NCBI GenBank assembly: GCA_044224875.1
Contig: JBGAJQ010000020.1
Location: 1-62,028 of the forward strand
Length of the DNA: 62,028 nt
Reading direction: 5' to 3'
Origin: Gemmatimonadaceae bacterium
GTDB taxonomy: Bacteria; Gemmatimonadota; Gemmatimonadetes; Gemmatimonadales; Gemmatimonadaceae
In this document: positions 9,945 to 20,289 of the stretch, piece by piece
Numbering within the stretch: the first letter of the stretch is position 1
Layout of the letters: each line of letters opens with the position of its first letter
Translations under genes and position numbers: made by a program
Notes under the pieces: generated by a model
What the model saw: only the letters and a program-made list of their open reading frames with translations
Databases searched by the model: none
Told to the model about the DNA's origin: nothing

Positions 9945-10661
9945 TCATGATGGCTTCCGCCGCTTCCCTTTCTCCGCCGCCTGAATCCCGCTCAGCGCGA
10001 ATGCCACAATATGATCTGCCACGTCGGCCGGTGACTGCTCCGCCAGCTTCCATTCGGCAAAGGCGATGTCGCGCATCTGACTGCGCAGGTGAAAGATGAA
10101 CTGCGCGTACAGGCTGGCCACACAGAGGCCGACGCGCGGGTCGCTGCGGTCACAGCGCAGCAGCTCGGACACGATATCCGCCAAGTAGTTCAGCCGCGGG
10201 CGGGTCGCCTTCTCGATGATCATCGGCAAGGCGGGGGTCGGATCCATCATCTCATGACCGATGATCTGCTGGATCCAGGCCTTGGATTCGCGAATGTCTG
10301 CAATGCGCTGCATGCTGGTATGCACGTAGTGCCGCAAGCGCGCTTCGGCAGGCGCCTGTGCCGGCGCGCGAGCCGACGCAAAGATCTGATCCGAGGCGGC
10401 GATCGCCTCGTGCACCACCTCCAGGTAGAGGCCCAGCTTGTCACGAAAGTGGTAGCTGACGGCGGCGATGTTGGCGCCCGCCTCATCGGTGATCTCGCGC
10501 ACCGTCACCTTCTTGAAGCCGCGCGTCACAAACAGCCGTCGAGCCGCCTCGAGGAGCCGCTGGCGTGTGGCAGAGTCCTTGCCGGTCGTCTCGTCCCGGC
10601 GCAGGCGAGGGATGGCCGGCGCGGCGCGCCGAGGACGTACCCGGTTGGTGCGACCCTTCAT
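9945..10661 (-). CDS. TetR-family regulator (CecR/YbiH-like)
   Basis: TRQRLLEAARRLF..RGF..VTVREI...AGANIAAVSYHFRDK HTH; C-terminal HEMMDPT and HIVAFALSGI; last gene of the HlyD/ABC operon. Confidence 0.9.
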   Translation of the reverse strand: MKGRTNRVRPRRAAPAIPRLRRDETTGKDSATRQRLLEAARRLFVTRGFKKVTVREITDEAGANIAAVSYHFRDKLGLYLEVVHEAIAASDQIFASARAPAQAPAEARLRHYVHTSMQRIADIRESKAWIQQIIGHEMMDPTPALPMIIEKATRPRLNYLADIVSELLRCDRSDPRVGLCVASLYAQFIFHLRSQMRDIAFAEWKLAEQSPADVADHIVAFALSGIQAAEKGKRRKPS

Positions 10662-10671
10662 GGCGTCTCAC

Positions 10672-11793
10672 TCACAGCGTGCGCCGGAAGAGCGCGGTGG
10701 CCAGTCCCATGGCAGCCACGGTGAAGATCGTCAGGAACAACAGGTCACCCGCAATGGCGCCGAAGCCGGTGTCCTTCAACAGGATGTTCTTGAAGGCGTG
10801 CACGGCATAGGTGAATGGATCCACCACGGCGATGCCCTTCATCCACGCTGGGAAACCCTGCTGCGGGTACACCGCCCCGCTCGGGAAGTAGAGCAGCGTG
10901 TTGAGCACGCCAAAGGTCGCACGAGGCAGTAGTGGATCCGTCACGCGAACCATGAGCAGGAACATCATGCTGACCAGCGCCAGCGCCGTCACCACGACGA
11001 CCAGGATGAGCCGCAGGAGCCGCAGCGGCTCAAACGGATTCGGGACACCGGCGATGACCGAGCCCAGCGTGGTGATCACGATCCCTGCGAGCACCGCCTT
11101 GATGGCCCCCGACAGGTTGAACCCCATGATCAACTCGAGCTTCGTGATCGGCGTGACGAGGTACCCCTCATGCAGTCCGCGCGCCTTGTCATCGATGAAG
11201 ATGATCCCACCGCCGATCATGACCATCATGAAGATCGACATCACGATGGAGCCAGGCAACAGGTACTGGATGTAGGGGACGTACGGGTACACCTCCACCA
11301 CGTCCAGCGTCGCTTGCGCCGCAACGCGATTGGACGCCGGGCTCCGTCGTCCCTCATTGAATGCTCCCAGCATCCCGCTCATGGTGGCGGTCATGACGTT
11401 GGACACAAACGAGTCGGTGTTGTCCTCGATGATCGCGACCTTGGGCGCATTGCGCTCGAGCGTGCGACGCGAAAATCCAGGAGGAATCGTCAGCACGCCG
11501 TTGATACGACCGTTTCGGAGGTCGGCCAGGGCCACTCCGGGATCGTGGTATTCCACGGGCTCTACGATGTGCGGACCAGAAGCCAAGGCTCCCGTGAGTT
11601 CGCGGAGCTTCACGGCCTGCAGGCCGCCGTCCTGGTCGATGACTCCCAGTTTGAGGTGACGGACGTTGCCCCCGAACGCGTAACCGAGCACCACCAGCTG
11701 GATCAGGGGGAAGACCAGCGAGACAACGATCAGCGTTGGGCTGCGGCGAAACCGTCGTAGTTCGCGCTCGATGATGGCCAACATGCGCTGCAT
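10672..11793 (-). CDS. ABC-2 type exporter permease
   Basis: PLIQLVVLGYAFGG, periplasmic loop, YLLPGSIVM, SGAVYP, DPFTYAVHA. Confidence 0.9.
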   Translation of the reverse strand: MQRMLAIIERELRRFRRSPTLIVVSLVFPLIQLVVLGYAFGGNVRHLKLGVIDQDGGLQAVKLRELTGALASGPHIVEPVEYHDPGVALADLRNGRINGVLTIPPGFSRRTLERNAPKVAIIEDNTDSFVSNVMTATMSGMLGAFNEGRRSPASNRVAAQATLDVVEVYPYVPYIQYLLPGSIVMSIFMMVMIGGGIIFIDDKARGLHEGYLVTPITKLELIMGFNLSGAIKAVLAGIVITTLGSVIAGVPNPFEPLRLLRLILVVVVTALALVSMMFLLMVRVTDPLLPRATFGVLNTLLYFPSGAVYPQQGFPAWMKGIAVVDPFTYAVHAFKNILLKDTGFGAIAGDLLFLTIFTVAAMGLATALFRRTL

Positions 11794-11805
11794 AGGCTCG
11801 CCTGA

Positions 11806-12825
11806 CTAGCGTCTGGGGGGCAGCGTCCAGGAGGGCGCTTCGTGGGTTGCGTCGCGCAACTGACGCCCCGTGTAGTGAACAAAGACGTCGTCGAGTGTGG
11901 TGCTCTGGATGGTGAGCGATTGCACCACGATGCCATGCGATGACGCCAGCTGCATCAATGCCATGGTCGTCTCCGGGCCACTGGCCGTGGCCACGCGAAC
12001 GACGTGATCCTGCGCCGTCACCGCTTCCACCTGAGGAAGCGCCCGCAGCTGGTCCTCCCAACCCTCTGGGGTATCCGAGAAGGACACCTCCAGCGTCGTG
12101 GTCCCCGCCACATTGGCCTTCAGCTTCAACGGTGAGTCGAGGGCGGCCAGCTTGCCGTGGTCCACGATGGCAATGCGATCGCACAGCCGGTCGGCCTCGT
12201 CCATGTAGTGCGTGGTGAGCAGCACCGTCAGGTCGCGCTCCGCCTTGATCTTGCGAAGCATCTCCCACACCGCCACTCGCGACACGGGGTCCAGCCCGGT
12301 GGTCGGTTCGTCGAGGAAGAAGATGCGCGGCTCATGCACCAGTCCACGCGCAATCTCCACGCGGCGTCGCATGCCTCCCGACAGGTTCTTCACGGGCTTG
12401 TCCGCCCATTGCGTCAGCTCCACCGCCTCCAGCAGCTCCGCGATCAGTTGGTCACGACGGACACGATTGACCCCATACAGCTTGGCAAAGATGATGAGGT
12501 TTTCGCGAACACTGAGCTCCATGTCGCTGGTGAGTGCCTGTGGAATGACACCGATGGCATGACGAACCCCGTCGGCGTCGCCCACCACGTCACACCCGGC
12601 AACAAAGGCCTGCCCAGCTGTCGGCGGGATGAGGGTCGTCAGCATTCGAATCAGGGTGGACTTCCCCGCCCCGTTCGGTCCCAGCAGGCCAAACACCTCG
12701 CCCTGTGCCACGGAGAATGAAATGCCGTCCACCGCCGTGAAATCGCCGAAGCGCTTGGTCAGGGCGCGCACATCGATAGCCGGCGACGAGTCGCGTTGCG
12801 GGGCCGGCTTCACGCTGGCGGCCAT
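11806..12825 (-). CDS. ABC exporter ATP-binding protein (DrrA-like)
   Basis: Walker A GPNGAGKST, LSGGM signature, FLDEPTTGLDP, TTHYMDEA. Confidence 0.95.
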   Translation of the reverse strand: MAASVKPAPQRDSSPAIDVRALTKRFGDFTAVDGISFSVAQGEVFGLLGPNGAGKSTLIRMLTTLIPPTAGQAFVAGCDVVGDADGVRHAIGVIPQALTSDMELSVRENLIIFAKLYGVNRVRRDQLIAELLEAVELTQWADKPVKNLSGGMRRRVEIARGLVHEPRIFFLDEPTTGLDPVSRVAVWEMLRKIKAERDLTVLLTTHYMDEADRLCDRIAIVDHGKLAALDSPLKLKANVAGTTTLEVSFSDTPEGWEDQLRALPQVEAVTAQDHVVRVATASGPETTMALMQLASSHGIVVQSLTIQSTTLDDVFVHYTGRQLRDATHEAPSWTLPPRR

Positions 12826-12829
12826 GGCG

Positions 12830-13876
12830 TCAGCCGCGCACCGGGACGATCACGTACGCCGTCATGCCTAACGCCAGGCGACGATCCGTATTGTCCACCC
12901 GCAGGCGGATCTCGAAGGTCTTCACGTCACGCTTGCGCCGGCTCACGTCGCGTTGGGTGGCGAATCCCGCGTCCACACCACGGAAGATCACCTTGCCCAT
13001 GCGCACTTCCCCGGACGGCAGCCGCACCTGCAACTGGTCACCGATCTTCACCCGCTCGATGTAGCTCTCCTCGATGTCGGCACGCACCCAGAAATCGTCG
13101 GGGTTCACCAGCGACGCCACCGACTGACCCGGCGTGACGTACTCGCCCTGCCGCACCGCTCGCACATCGACGATCCCGGCGACTGGGGCGCGGATTTCGG
13201 TGTAGGCGAGGCGGACGTCGGCCTTGGTCCGCTGGGCCGTGGCCGCCGCGCGTTGGGCGCGCATCGCCGAGAGCTGGCTGCGCTTGATGACGTTCTGCTC
13301 GGCGTTGCTCCTGGCGAGGGCCAGCGCGGCCGTTTGTGCATCGATTTGCTTATCGGCAGCGGACAGGCGCGCTGACGCCATGGAAGACGCCGTGCGTCGC
13401 TCATCGAGTTCCTGCTGGGTCAGGGCGCCCGTCTTGTACAATGCCTCGGCGCGTGTCATCGCCCGCTGCGCATTGTCGGCGTCCGCGTTGGCCTCGCCTC
13501 GTTGCGCCTGCGCGGCGGCCAGCGCCGCCTCGGCCTGCTTGATCTGCTGCGCGGTGGTTTGCTCCTGCAGACGCAGGGCGGCGACGCTTCCTTCCAACTC
13601 ACCAGCTGCCGCCTCGGCGCTGCTCGCGAAAAACGCGCGATCCGCACGAAGCTCGTCGGGGCGAATCACCGCCATCAACTGCCCCCTGCTCACACTGTCG
13701 CCCTCGTTCACCATCAGGCTGTCTACCTGCCCGGCAACCTGGGGGCTCACGATTACTTCGTTCGTCGTGACAATGCCCGTGATGACCATTGGCGCAAAGC
13801 GCGCCCGGACGACCGACCACACGATGGCGAGCAGAACGACGATCGGGATAGCGACGAGCAGGCGCTTACGATTCAT
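12830..13876 (-). CDS. HlyD-family membrane fusion/periplasmic adaptor protein
   Basis: N-terminal TM, lipoyl halves VNEGDSVSRGQ and IRAPVAGIV..QGEYVTPGQ, long coiled coil; start set at ATG 13876. Confidence 0.9.
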   Translation of the reverse strand: MNRKRLLVAIPIVVLLAIVWSVVRARFAPMVITGIVTTNEVIVSPQVAGQVDSLMVNEGDSVSRGQLMAVIRPDELRADRAFFASSAEAAAGELEGSVAALRLQEQTTAQQIKQAEAALAAAQAQRGEANADADNAQRAMTRAEALYKTGALTQQELDERRTASSMASARLSAADKQIDAQTAALALARSNAEQNVIKRSQLSAMRAQRAAATAQRTKADVRLAYTEIRAPVAGIVDVRAVRQGEYVTPGQSVASLVNPDDFWVRADIEESYIERVKIGDQLQVRLPSGEVRMGKVIFRGVDAGFATQRDVSRRKRDVKTFEIRLRVDNTDRRLALGMTAYVIVPVRG

Positions 13877-13944
13877 GGGCGGGGCATTCCGGAATCGAAC
13901 GGGTGGCGCGCGGGACGGCGGCGCGTCGGCAAGAGTCAAACGCC

Positions 13945-13973
13945 AATATCAAACACGCGTTTGAATAGGTCAA
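13945..13973 (-). promoter_or_regulatory. sigma70-type promoter with a palindromic TetR-type operator
   Basis: TTGACC-17 bp-GATATT on the minus strand; palindrome TCAAAC-ACGC-GTTTGA (13949-13964) lies in the spacer; extra half-site TCAAAC at 13936. Confidence 0.65.
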
Positions 13974-14034
13974 GCCGAGTAGCGGGGCGGCGCCGCGAGG
14001 GCGCCTCCGCCATTCTCTGTGACAATGCCGGAAA

Positions 14035-15717
14035 TCAGCGCGGCGACGCGGACGAGCGGGCGTCGAAGGTCGTTCGGCCTCCAACGACCGTGCGAAGCAC
14101 GCGAAGACCTCTAAGTTCGGCCACCGGCACGGCATACGGATCGTTCGAGATGACCGTGAAGTCTGCCCAGCGCCCTTCCCGCAGCATCCCGGCGTCTCGC
14201 TCCTGAAACGCCGCGTAGGCGGCGCCCATCGTCATGCTGCGCAGCGCCGCGTCGACGCTCACCCGTTGTCCGGGTAGCCACCCCGCTGCTGGTTTGCCGT
14301 CGAAACCCCGCCGTGTCACCATGGCGTAGAGGTTCAAGATCGGATCGCCAGTGTCGGAGGCCGGAAAGTCCGTTCCGGCAGCCACAACGGCGCCTGCCGC
14401 CAGCACATCCTTGGTGCGCAGGACCCACGGCAGCCGCTCGCGCCCCACGCGTGCCTCCGCGAACCGGCTGTACTCTCCGACAAAGACCGGTTGCATGGAC
14501 GCCACCACACCTAGCCGGGCCAGACGGGCCACATCCTCGTCGCGCAACATGGATGCGTGCTCCAGCCGGAATCGCGTCGCCCGGCCCGCGGCGCCGGCGT
14601 GCTCGAAGGCACTCAGGACATCGTGACTGGAGGCGTCACCAATCGCGTGGACGGCCACTTGAAAGCCGCGGGCGAGTGAGGCCGCGATGATGCGATCCAG
14701 CCGGCCGCCGCCCGCCAGTTCAAACCCACGTTGACTGGCATCGTCAGCATAGGGCGCGGACAAGCGGGCGCCTCGCGAGCCGAGGGCCCCATCGTCCACG
14801 ACCTTGACCGTTCGCAGGGTGAAGGTTCCCTGTCCCAGGCCAACCTCCACGCCCCGCGTCAGCGTGGCCCTGAAGCTCGAGTCGTTGGTGGCGGCCATGA
14901 CATACGCCCGCACGGGCAGGGGACCCTCCCGAACCAGGGCGTGATACGCCGCCACGTCCATGACATCCGCGCCGGCATCGTGGATGCTCGTGAGCCCCCA
15001 GCTCGCATAACGATGCATCGCCGCCCGCAGTTGTCGCTCGGCGTCGTCCAGCGTCGGCGCCGGCAGTCCCTTGCGAATCACGTCGATCGCATCGTCGATG
15101 AAGATGCCGTTAGGCGACCTGCCCGCACCGCGGGTGATCTTGCCTCCGGCGGGATCTGCAGTCCTCGCGGTCACCACCGCCAGCTGCATCGCCGCCGAGT
15201 TCGCCCAGACCGCATGACCATCGATGCGCTCGAGGAGCACCGGGTGGCCCGCCGATACGGCGTCCAGCTCGCCCGCCGTCGGGTACACAGCGGGCTTCCA
15301 GAAGGACTGATCCCACCCCATGCCGCGTACCCAACGCCCACTTGGCAACCGTGAGGCGGCCACGCGGACCTTGGCGAGAATTTGCGACTTCGAGAGGGCC
15401 CGCAGGTCCAACGCCTCCAACATCTCACCCAGCATCGCAGGGTGCACGTGCGCGTCGGCCAGGCCGGGCAGGGCAAACCCGGCGAGGGTCGTGTGATGCG
15501 CACCTGGGCCGGCCACAGAATCGACGTGCGCGCGGCTCCCGATTGCCACGATGCGCCCATTGCGGACAGCCATGGCCTCGGCGCGCGGCTTCAGGGAGTC
15601 GAGCGTGATGAAGCGACCGGTGAAGACTTCAGTCCCCCCAGTCTTCTCCCCCTGCGCCTGCGCGAGTGAAGTGACGACGCCGATGCAACAGAGGGCCACC
15701 AAGCGATCGCAACGCAT
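14035..15717 (-). CDS. exported amidohydrolase (YtcJ-like, amidohydrolase_3)
   Basis: Signal peptide ending AQA-Q; PGLADAHVH, DGALGSRGA, VHAIGD, RLEHAS, GTDFP. Confidence 0.9.
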   Translation of the reverse strand: MRCDRLVALCCIGVVTSLAQAQGEKTGGTEVFTGRFITLDSLKPRAEAMAVRNGRIVAIGSRAHVDSVAGPGAHHTTLAGFALPGLADAHVHPAMLGEMLEALDLRALSKSQILAKVRVAASRLPSGRWVRGMGWDQSFWKPAVYPTAGELDAVSAGHPVLLERIDGHAVWANSAAMQLAVVTARTADPAGGKITRGAGRSPNGIFIDDAIDVIRKGLPAPTLDDAERQLRAAMHRYASWGLTSIHDAGADVMDVAAYHALVREGPLPVRAYVMAATNDSSFRATLTRGVEVGLGQGTFTLRTVKVVDDGALGSRGARLSAPYADDASQRGFELAGGGRLDRIIAASLARGFQVAVHAIGDASSHDVLSAFEHAGAAGRATRFRLEHASMLRDEDVARLARLGVVASMQPVFVGEYSRFAEARVGRERLPWVLRTKDVLAAGAVVAAGTDFPASDTGDPILNLYAMVTRRGFDGKPAAGWLPGQRVSVDAALRSMTMGAAYAAFQERDAGMLREGRWADFTVISNDPYAVPVAELRGLRVLRTVVGGRTTFDARSSASPR

Positions 15718-15807
15718 GTGCTGACCTCGGCCGGAAAAGTTCGTGGGTCGATCCTAGCGTCGGTTCCGGATGGGTGCCAGCGGGCGGCGACCCGTGACGC
15801 ATGACCA

Positions 15808-15837
15808 AAGCGCCCCCGGCGTTAGCCGAGGGCGCTT
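15808..15837 (-). terminator. putative intrinsic terminator after pilC
   Basis: Hairpin AAGCGCCCTCGGC-TAAC-GCCGGGGGCGCTT about 30 bp after the pilC stop; weak U tail. Confidence 0.55.
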
Positions 15838-15866
15838 GGAATGCTGCGTTATTTCCGTCGCGAGGC

Positions 15867-17063
15867 TTACTGCACCGCGTTGATCATGTCGAAGATCGGC
15901 AGGTACATCGCGACCACCATGCCGCCGACGACTACGCCAAGGAACACGATCATGATCGGTTCGAGCAAGGCGAGGAGGCCACTCACGGCGGCGTCGACTT
16001 CTTCATCGTAGAAGTCGGCGATCTTGGAAAGCATCTCGTCCAGACCGCCGGTTTGTTCACCAACCGCGATCATGGAGATGACCATCGGTGGGAACACGGC
16101 AGACTTGGCCAGCGGCGCGGCGATGGTATCACCGCCGGCGATGGAGGCTCGCGACTGCATGATGGCGTCCTGGATCACGCGATTGCCGGCCGTCTTGGCG
16201 GTGATCTCGAGTCCATCGAGGATGCTGACGCCGGACGAGATGAGCGTGCCGAGCGTGCGGGTGAAGCGCGAGACCGCGGACTTTCGTAGCACGTCGCCTA
16301 ACACCGGCATGCGGAGCATCAACCGGTCGATCACCAGCTTTCCGTCCGGGGTGGCGTAGTAGCGCTTGAGCAGGAACACGCCGCCGCCGATGGCGGCGCC
16401 AACGGCCCACCAGTACCCCTTGAGGAAGCGGGACATCGCGATCACCACTCGTGTCGGCATGGGCAACGGCAGGCCCACGGACGCGAACATCGATTCGAAG
16501 ACCGGGATGACGAAGATGAGGAGCACGGTGATGGCGATGCCGGCCACGCTCATGATGACGCCGGGGTAGATCATGGCGCCCTTCACCTTTCGCACGAGGG
16601 CGTCGTTCTTTTCCATGAACGTCGCCAGTCGCATGAGGATGGTGTCGAGAATACCGCCCGCCTCACCGGCCGCCACCATGTTCACATAGAGTTCGCTGAA
16701 GGCATTCGGGTGCTTGGCCAGCGCGTCGGCGACGGTGTGACCGGACTCCACGTCGAACACGACGGCGCGTGTCACGTCGGAGAGCGCCTTGTTCTCCGTT
16801 TGCTTGGCAAGAATGTCGAGGGCCTGCACGAGTGGCAGACCGGCATTGATCATGGTCGAGAACTGACGCGTGAAAATGACGATGTCACGCATCTTGATGG
16901 AGCCGCCCTTGGCCTTCTTCTTCTTCGACTCCTCATCGACCTTGACGACGCTCATCCGCTGGCGGCGCAGCTGCGCGACGACGTCCTCGCGCGACGGCGC
17001 GTCGATGGTCGCGGTGCGGAGGTCGCCTTGGGCCGTCCGTGCGGTATACGTAAATGCCGGCAT
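15867..17063 (-). CDS. pilC: type IV pilus platform protein (T2SS-F family)
   Basis: FTRQFSTMINAGLPL, AGEAGGILD, KVKGAMIYP, VGEQTGGLDEML, AMYLPIF. Confidence 0.95.
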   Translation of the reverse strand: MPAFTYTARTAQGDLRTATIDAPSREDVVAQLRRQRMSVVKVDEESKKKKAKGGSIKMRDIVIFTRQFSTMINAGLPLVQALDILAKQTENKALSDVTRAVVFDVESGHTVADALAKHPNAFSELYVNMVAAGEAGGILDTILMRLATFMEKNDALVRKVKGAMIYPGVIMSVAGIAITVLLIFVIPVFESMFASVGLPLPMPTRVVIAMSRFLKGYWWAVGAAIGGGVFLLKRYYATPDGKLVIDRLMLRMPVLGDVLRKSAVSRFTRTLGTLISSGVSILDGLEITAKTAGNRVIQDAIMQSRASIAGGDTIAAPLAKSAVFPPMVISMIAVGEQTGGLDEMLSKIADFYDEEVDAAVSGLLALLEPIMIVFLGVVVGGMVVAMYLPIFDMINAVQ

Positions 17064-17108
17064 GGGTGCTTCTCGGGTTTAAACGTTAGGCAGGTCGGAG
17101 GGAAGCAT

Positions 17109-18263
17109 CTATCGTCGCCCGCCGGCCGCAGCCAGCTTGGCGCCCTTCGACGAGCCGCCTTCCTCGTCTTCCAGGGCCGTACGACCAATCATGCGAAGGA
17201 ATTCGTTCGGATCGGACGACACGCGCAGGCACTCGTCTTCGGTGACTTCGCGTGCGACGTACAGCTGATACAGCGCGTCGTTCAGCGTCTGCATGCCGTA
17301 CTTCTTGCCGGACTGCATCAGCGAGTAGACCTGGTGGATCTTGTCGTCGCGGATGAGCGCGCGAATGGCCGGCGTGATCACCAGGATCTCCGCGGCCATC
17401 ACACGACCACGGCCGCGCGCGCGCGGCAGCAGGGTCTGCGTGACAATGCCCTCGAGCACGAAGGCCAGCTGCGCTCGAACCTGTGACTGCTGGTGGCTGG
17501 GGAAGACGTCGATGATACGGTTAATGCCTTCCGCCGCCGAATTGGTGTGCAATGTGGCGAACACGAGGTGACCGGTCTCGGCGATCGTGAGGGCCGCCTG
17601 GATCGTCTCCAGGTCCCGCATTTCGCCGACGAGGATCACGTCGGGGTCTTCACGCAGCGCGTACTTGAGCGCATTGGCAAAACTCTTGGTGTCCGTCCCG
17701 ACTTCGCGCTGGTTGACGATGCACGATTGGTGGCGATGGATGAACTCGATCGGGTCTTCCACCGTGATGATGTGACCTTGGCGTTCGCGATTGATCTTGT
17801 CGATCATCGCCGCCAGGGTCGTCGACTTGCCGGAGCCCGTGGGTCCCGTCACCAGCACCAGACCGCGCGGCTTCTCCGCCATCTTGGCGATGACGTTTGG
17901 CAGCCCGAGGTCCTGGAACGTCCGGATGTTGAACGGAATCTGCCGGATGACCATGGAAACACAGCCGCGCTGCTTGAAGACGTTACCGCGGAAGCGCGCC
18001 AGGTTCTGGATGCCGAACGAGAAGTCCAGCTCATCCTCCATCTCGAAGCGTTTCTTCTGGTTTTCCGTGAGGACGGAATACGCCAGCTGCAACGTATCCT
18101 TGGGGGACAGCACGAACTCGGCCGAGCAGTTGGTGATGTCACCGTCAACCCGCAGCTTGGCGCGTTCGCCAGCGGTGATGTGCAGGTCCGAGGCGTCGCG
18201 CTCGATCATCTCTTCGAGCAACGACCGCAGGTTCACGTTCGATGCCGTGGCAGGACGATTCAT
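17109..18263 (-). CDS. pilT: type IV pilus retraction ATPase
   Basis: ASDLHIT, GPTGSGKSTT, EDPIEF, LREDPDVILVGEMRD, AETGHLVFATLH, AIRALIR, GMQT; start at ATG 18263. Confidence 0.95.
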   Translation of the reverse strand: MNRPATASNVNLRSLLEEMIERDASDLHITAGERAKLRVDGDITNCSAEFVLSPKDTLQLAYSVLTENQKKRFEMEDELDFSFGIQNLARFRGNVFKQRGCVSMVIRQIPFNIRTFQDLGLPNVIAKMAEKPRGLVLVTGPTGSGKSTTLAAMIDKINRERQGHIITVEDPIEFIHRHQSCIVNQREVGTDTKSFANALKYALREDPDVILVGEMRDLETIQAALTIAETGHLVFATLHTNSAAEGINRIIDVFPSHQQSQVRAQLAFVLEGIVTQTLLPRARGRGRVMAAEILVITPAIRALIRDDKIHQVYSLMQSGKKYGMQTLNDALYQLYVAREVTEDECLRVSSDPNEFLRMIGRTALEDEEGGSSKGAKLAAAGGRR

Positions 18264-18432
18264 TGGAGAGCGTAGGCTGAGGGACGGCGAAGGTGTTGTG
18301 CCATGAAGCGCGGAATTCGGGCGGACAGATGCCAACCTGCAGGGCTGGTCCCCGGCTTCTGCCGGAGATCGGGCCACCTACACGACTTGCGAGAGGACGC
18401 GGGCGTCACGGGTACCCACCCGGTGACCGCAG

Positions 18433-20289
18433 TCACTCCGCGTGGGACTCCGTTTTGGGCGACCCGTCGTAGCTGGTTTCGCGGATGACCTGCTCGAGCG
18501 TCGTAATGCCCTTTAGAACCTTCAGCCACCCGTCCATGCGGAGCGTGAGCATGCCCTGATCGATGGCGGCATCCTTGATCTCCTGGGCGCCAACGTTTTG
18601 CAGGATGAGCTTCCGCAGCTCGGGCGTCATATACATCACTTCGTAGAGGCCCTGGCGGCCCTTCAGGCCCGTTCCATTGCACTCGTCGCAGCCTTTTCCC
18701 TTGAAGAACGGCACGTCCCCGACGCGAGAATCCAGCGAGAGCGACTCCAGATAGGGCGCGGCTTCGGGTGACGCCTTCGCCTTGGCGTCGCGCAGCGCCT
18801 CCTCGGTGAACCGCATCGACCGGAACGTCGTGTCATGCGTCACCTTGGCGCCCGCCAACTCGATCACGTCGGGCTCGTACTTCGTCTTGCAACGCGGACA
18901 GATGCGTCGCACGAGTCGCTGCGCCAAGACGAGGTTCAGCGCCGACGCCACGTTGAACGGCTCCAACCCCATGTCCAACAATCGAGTGACGGTTTCCGGC
19001 GCGGAGTTGGTGTGCAGCGTCGAGAGCACCAAGTGACCGGTGAGTGCCGCCTTGATGGCGATACCACCAGTCTCCAAGTCTCGAATTTCGCCGACCATGA
19101 TGATGTTCGGGTCCTGCCGCAGGAACGCCTTCAGCGCGGCCGCGAACGTCATGCCGATTTCCGTTCGAACCTGAACCTGGTTGATGCCGAAGAGGTTGTA
19201 CTCGACGGGATCTTCCGACGTCATGATGTTGACGTCGATGTTGTTCACCTTGGATAGGGCCGAATACAGCGTCGTCGTCTTACCGGAACCCGTTGGACCT
19301 GTGACCAGCACCATGCCGTACGGGTTGGACACCGCCTCCATCAACTCCCGTTCGGCGCGCGGCTCGATGCCGAACTTCTCGAGGTCGAGCGTCAGGTTTC
19401 CTTTATCGAGAATTCGCAGGACGACCTTTTCGCCAAAGAGCGTGGGCAGCGTCGACACACGATAGTCGATGACCTTGTTGCCCATCTTCAGCTTGATGCG
19501 GCCGTCCTGCGGGACACGACGCTCGGCGATGTTCAGCTGCGCCATGATCTTGAAGCGAGAAATAAGCGCCGCCTTCAACTTCGGAGGCGGCTTCATGACT
19601 TCCTGGAGTGCACCGTCGATGCGGTACCGAACACGCAATTCGTGTTCGAAGCACTCGAAGTGAATGTCCGACGCACCGCGCTTTACCGCGTCCGTCAGGA
19701 TCGCGTTGATCAGTTTTACGACAGGCGCATCGTCGACCTGTGCAGCAAGTGCGGCGGCACTGACGTCTTCTTCGTGCTCCTCGACGACTTCAACGTCGCC
19801 GTCGCCGGCGATGTCGGCGAGCAACGTGGACATCGCCGTGTCAGCCGAGTCGTAGTTCCGCTCGATCACCGTCCGCAAGGTCATCTCGCCGGCGAGCACC
19901 GGGAAGATGTCGTAGCGGGTGATGAACTTCAGGTCTTCCAGGATCCCCATGTTCGTGGGGTCCGCAATGGCCACCGTCAGCGTGCGCCCTTCACGCTTGA
20001 GTGGCAGGACCTGATGCTTCACCGCCAACTCCGCCGGCACCAGCTTCACGATGCGCTGGTCGACCTCGAACTTGGTGAGGTCGACGGCGGGCATGCGCGA
20101 GGCAATGGCCAACTCCTTCGTGAGTACAACTTCATCAATCAGGTTGAGCTTGATGAGGTTGTAGTTGACGGGAAGGCCGTTCGACTTCGTCTCGCGTTGT
20201 GCCTTCTCCAACGCCTCGCGCGAGATGATGCCTGCGCGGATCAGCTGCTCCGTAATACGCTCGGGGACTGCCGAGACTGGGGCGGCCAT
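18433..20289 (-). CDS. pilB: type IV pilus assembly ATPase
   Basis: From ATG 20289: DDAPVVKLIN, ASDIH, IAERRVPQDGRI, GPTGSGKTTT, LRQDP, CPRC..CDEC. Confidence 0.95.
   Translation of the reverse strand: MAAPVSAVPERITEQLIRAGIISREALEKAQRETKSNGLPVNYNLIKLNLIDEVVLTKELAIASRMPAVDLTKFEVDQRIVKLVPAELAVKHQVLPLKREGRTLTVAIADPTNMGILEDLKFITRYDIFPVLAGEMTLRTVIERNYDSADTAMSTLLADIAGDGDVEVVEEHEEDVSAAALAAQVDDAPVVKLINAILTDAVKRGASDIHFECFEHELRVRYRIDGALQEVMKPPPKLKAALISRFKIMAQLNIAERRVPQDGRIKLKMGNKVIDYRVSTLPTLFGEKVVLRILDKGNLTLDLEKFGIEPRAERELMEAVSNPYGMVLVTGPTGSGKTTTLYSALSKVNNIDVNIMTSEDPVEYNLFGINQVQVRTEIGMTFAAALKAFLRQDPNIIMVGEIRDLETGGIAIKAALTGHLVLSTLHTNSAPETVTRLLDMGLEPFNVASALNLVLAQRLVRRICPRCKTKYEPDVIELAGAKVTHDTTFRSMRFTEEALRDAKAKASPEAAPYLESLSLDSRVGDVPFFKGKGCDECNGTGLKGRQGLYEVMYMTPELRKLILQNVGAQEIKDAAIDQGMLTLRMDGWLKVLKGITTLEQVIRETSYDGSPKTESHAE

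Noticed and set aside
18300..18430. Possible sigma54 promoter or c-di-GMP riboswitch between pilB and pilT (also TGGCAC near 28206 and GGCACG near 8309)
   Set aside because: GG-to-GC spacing does not fit the -24/-12 consensus and the riboswitch core motifs are absent; only a short hairpin is present.
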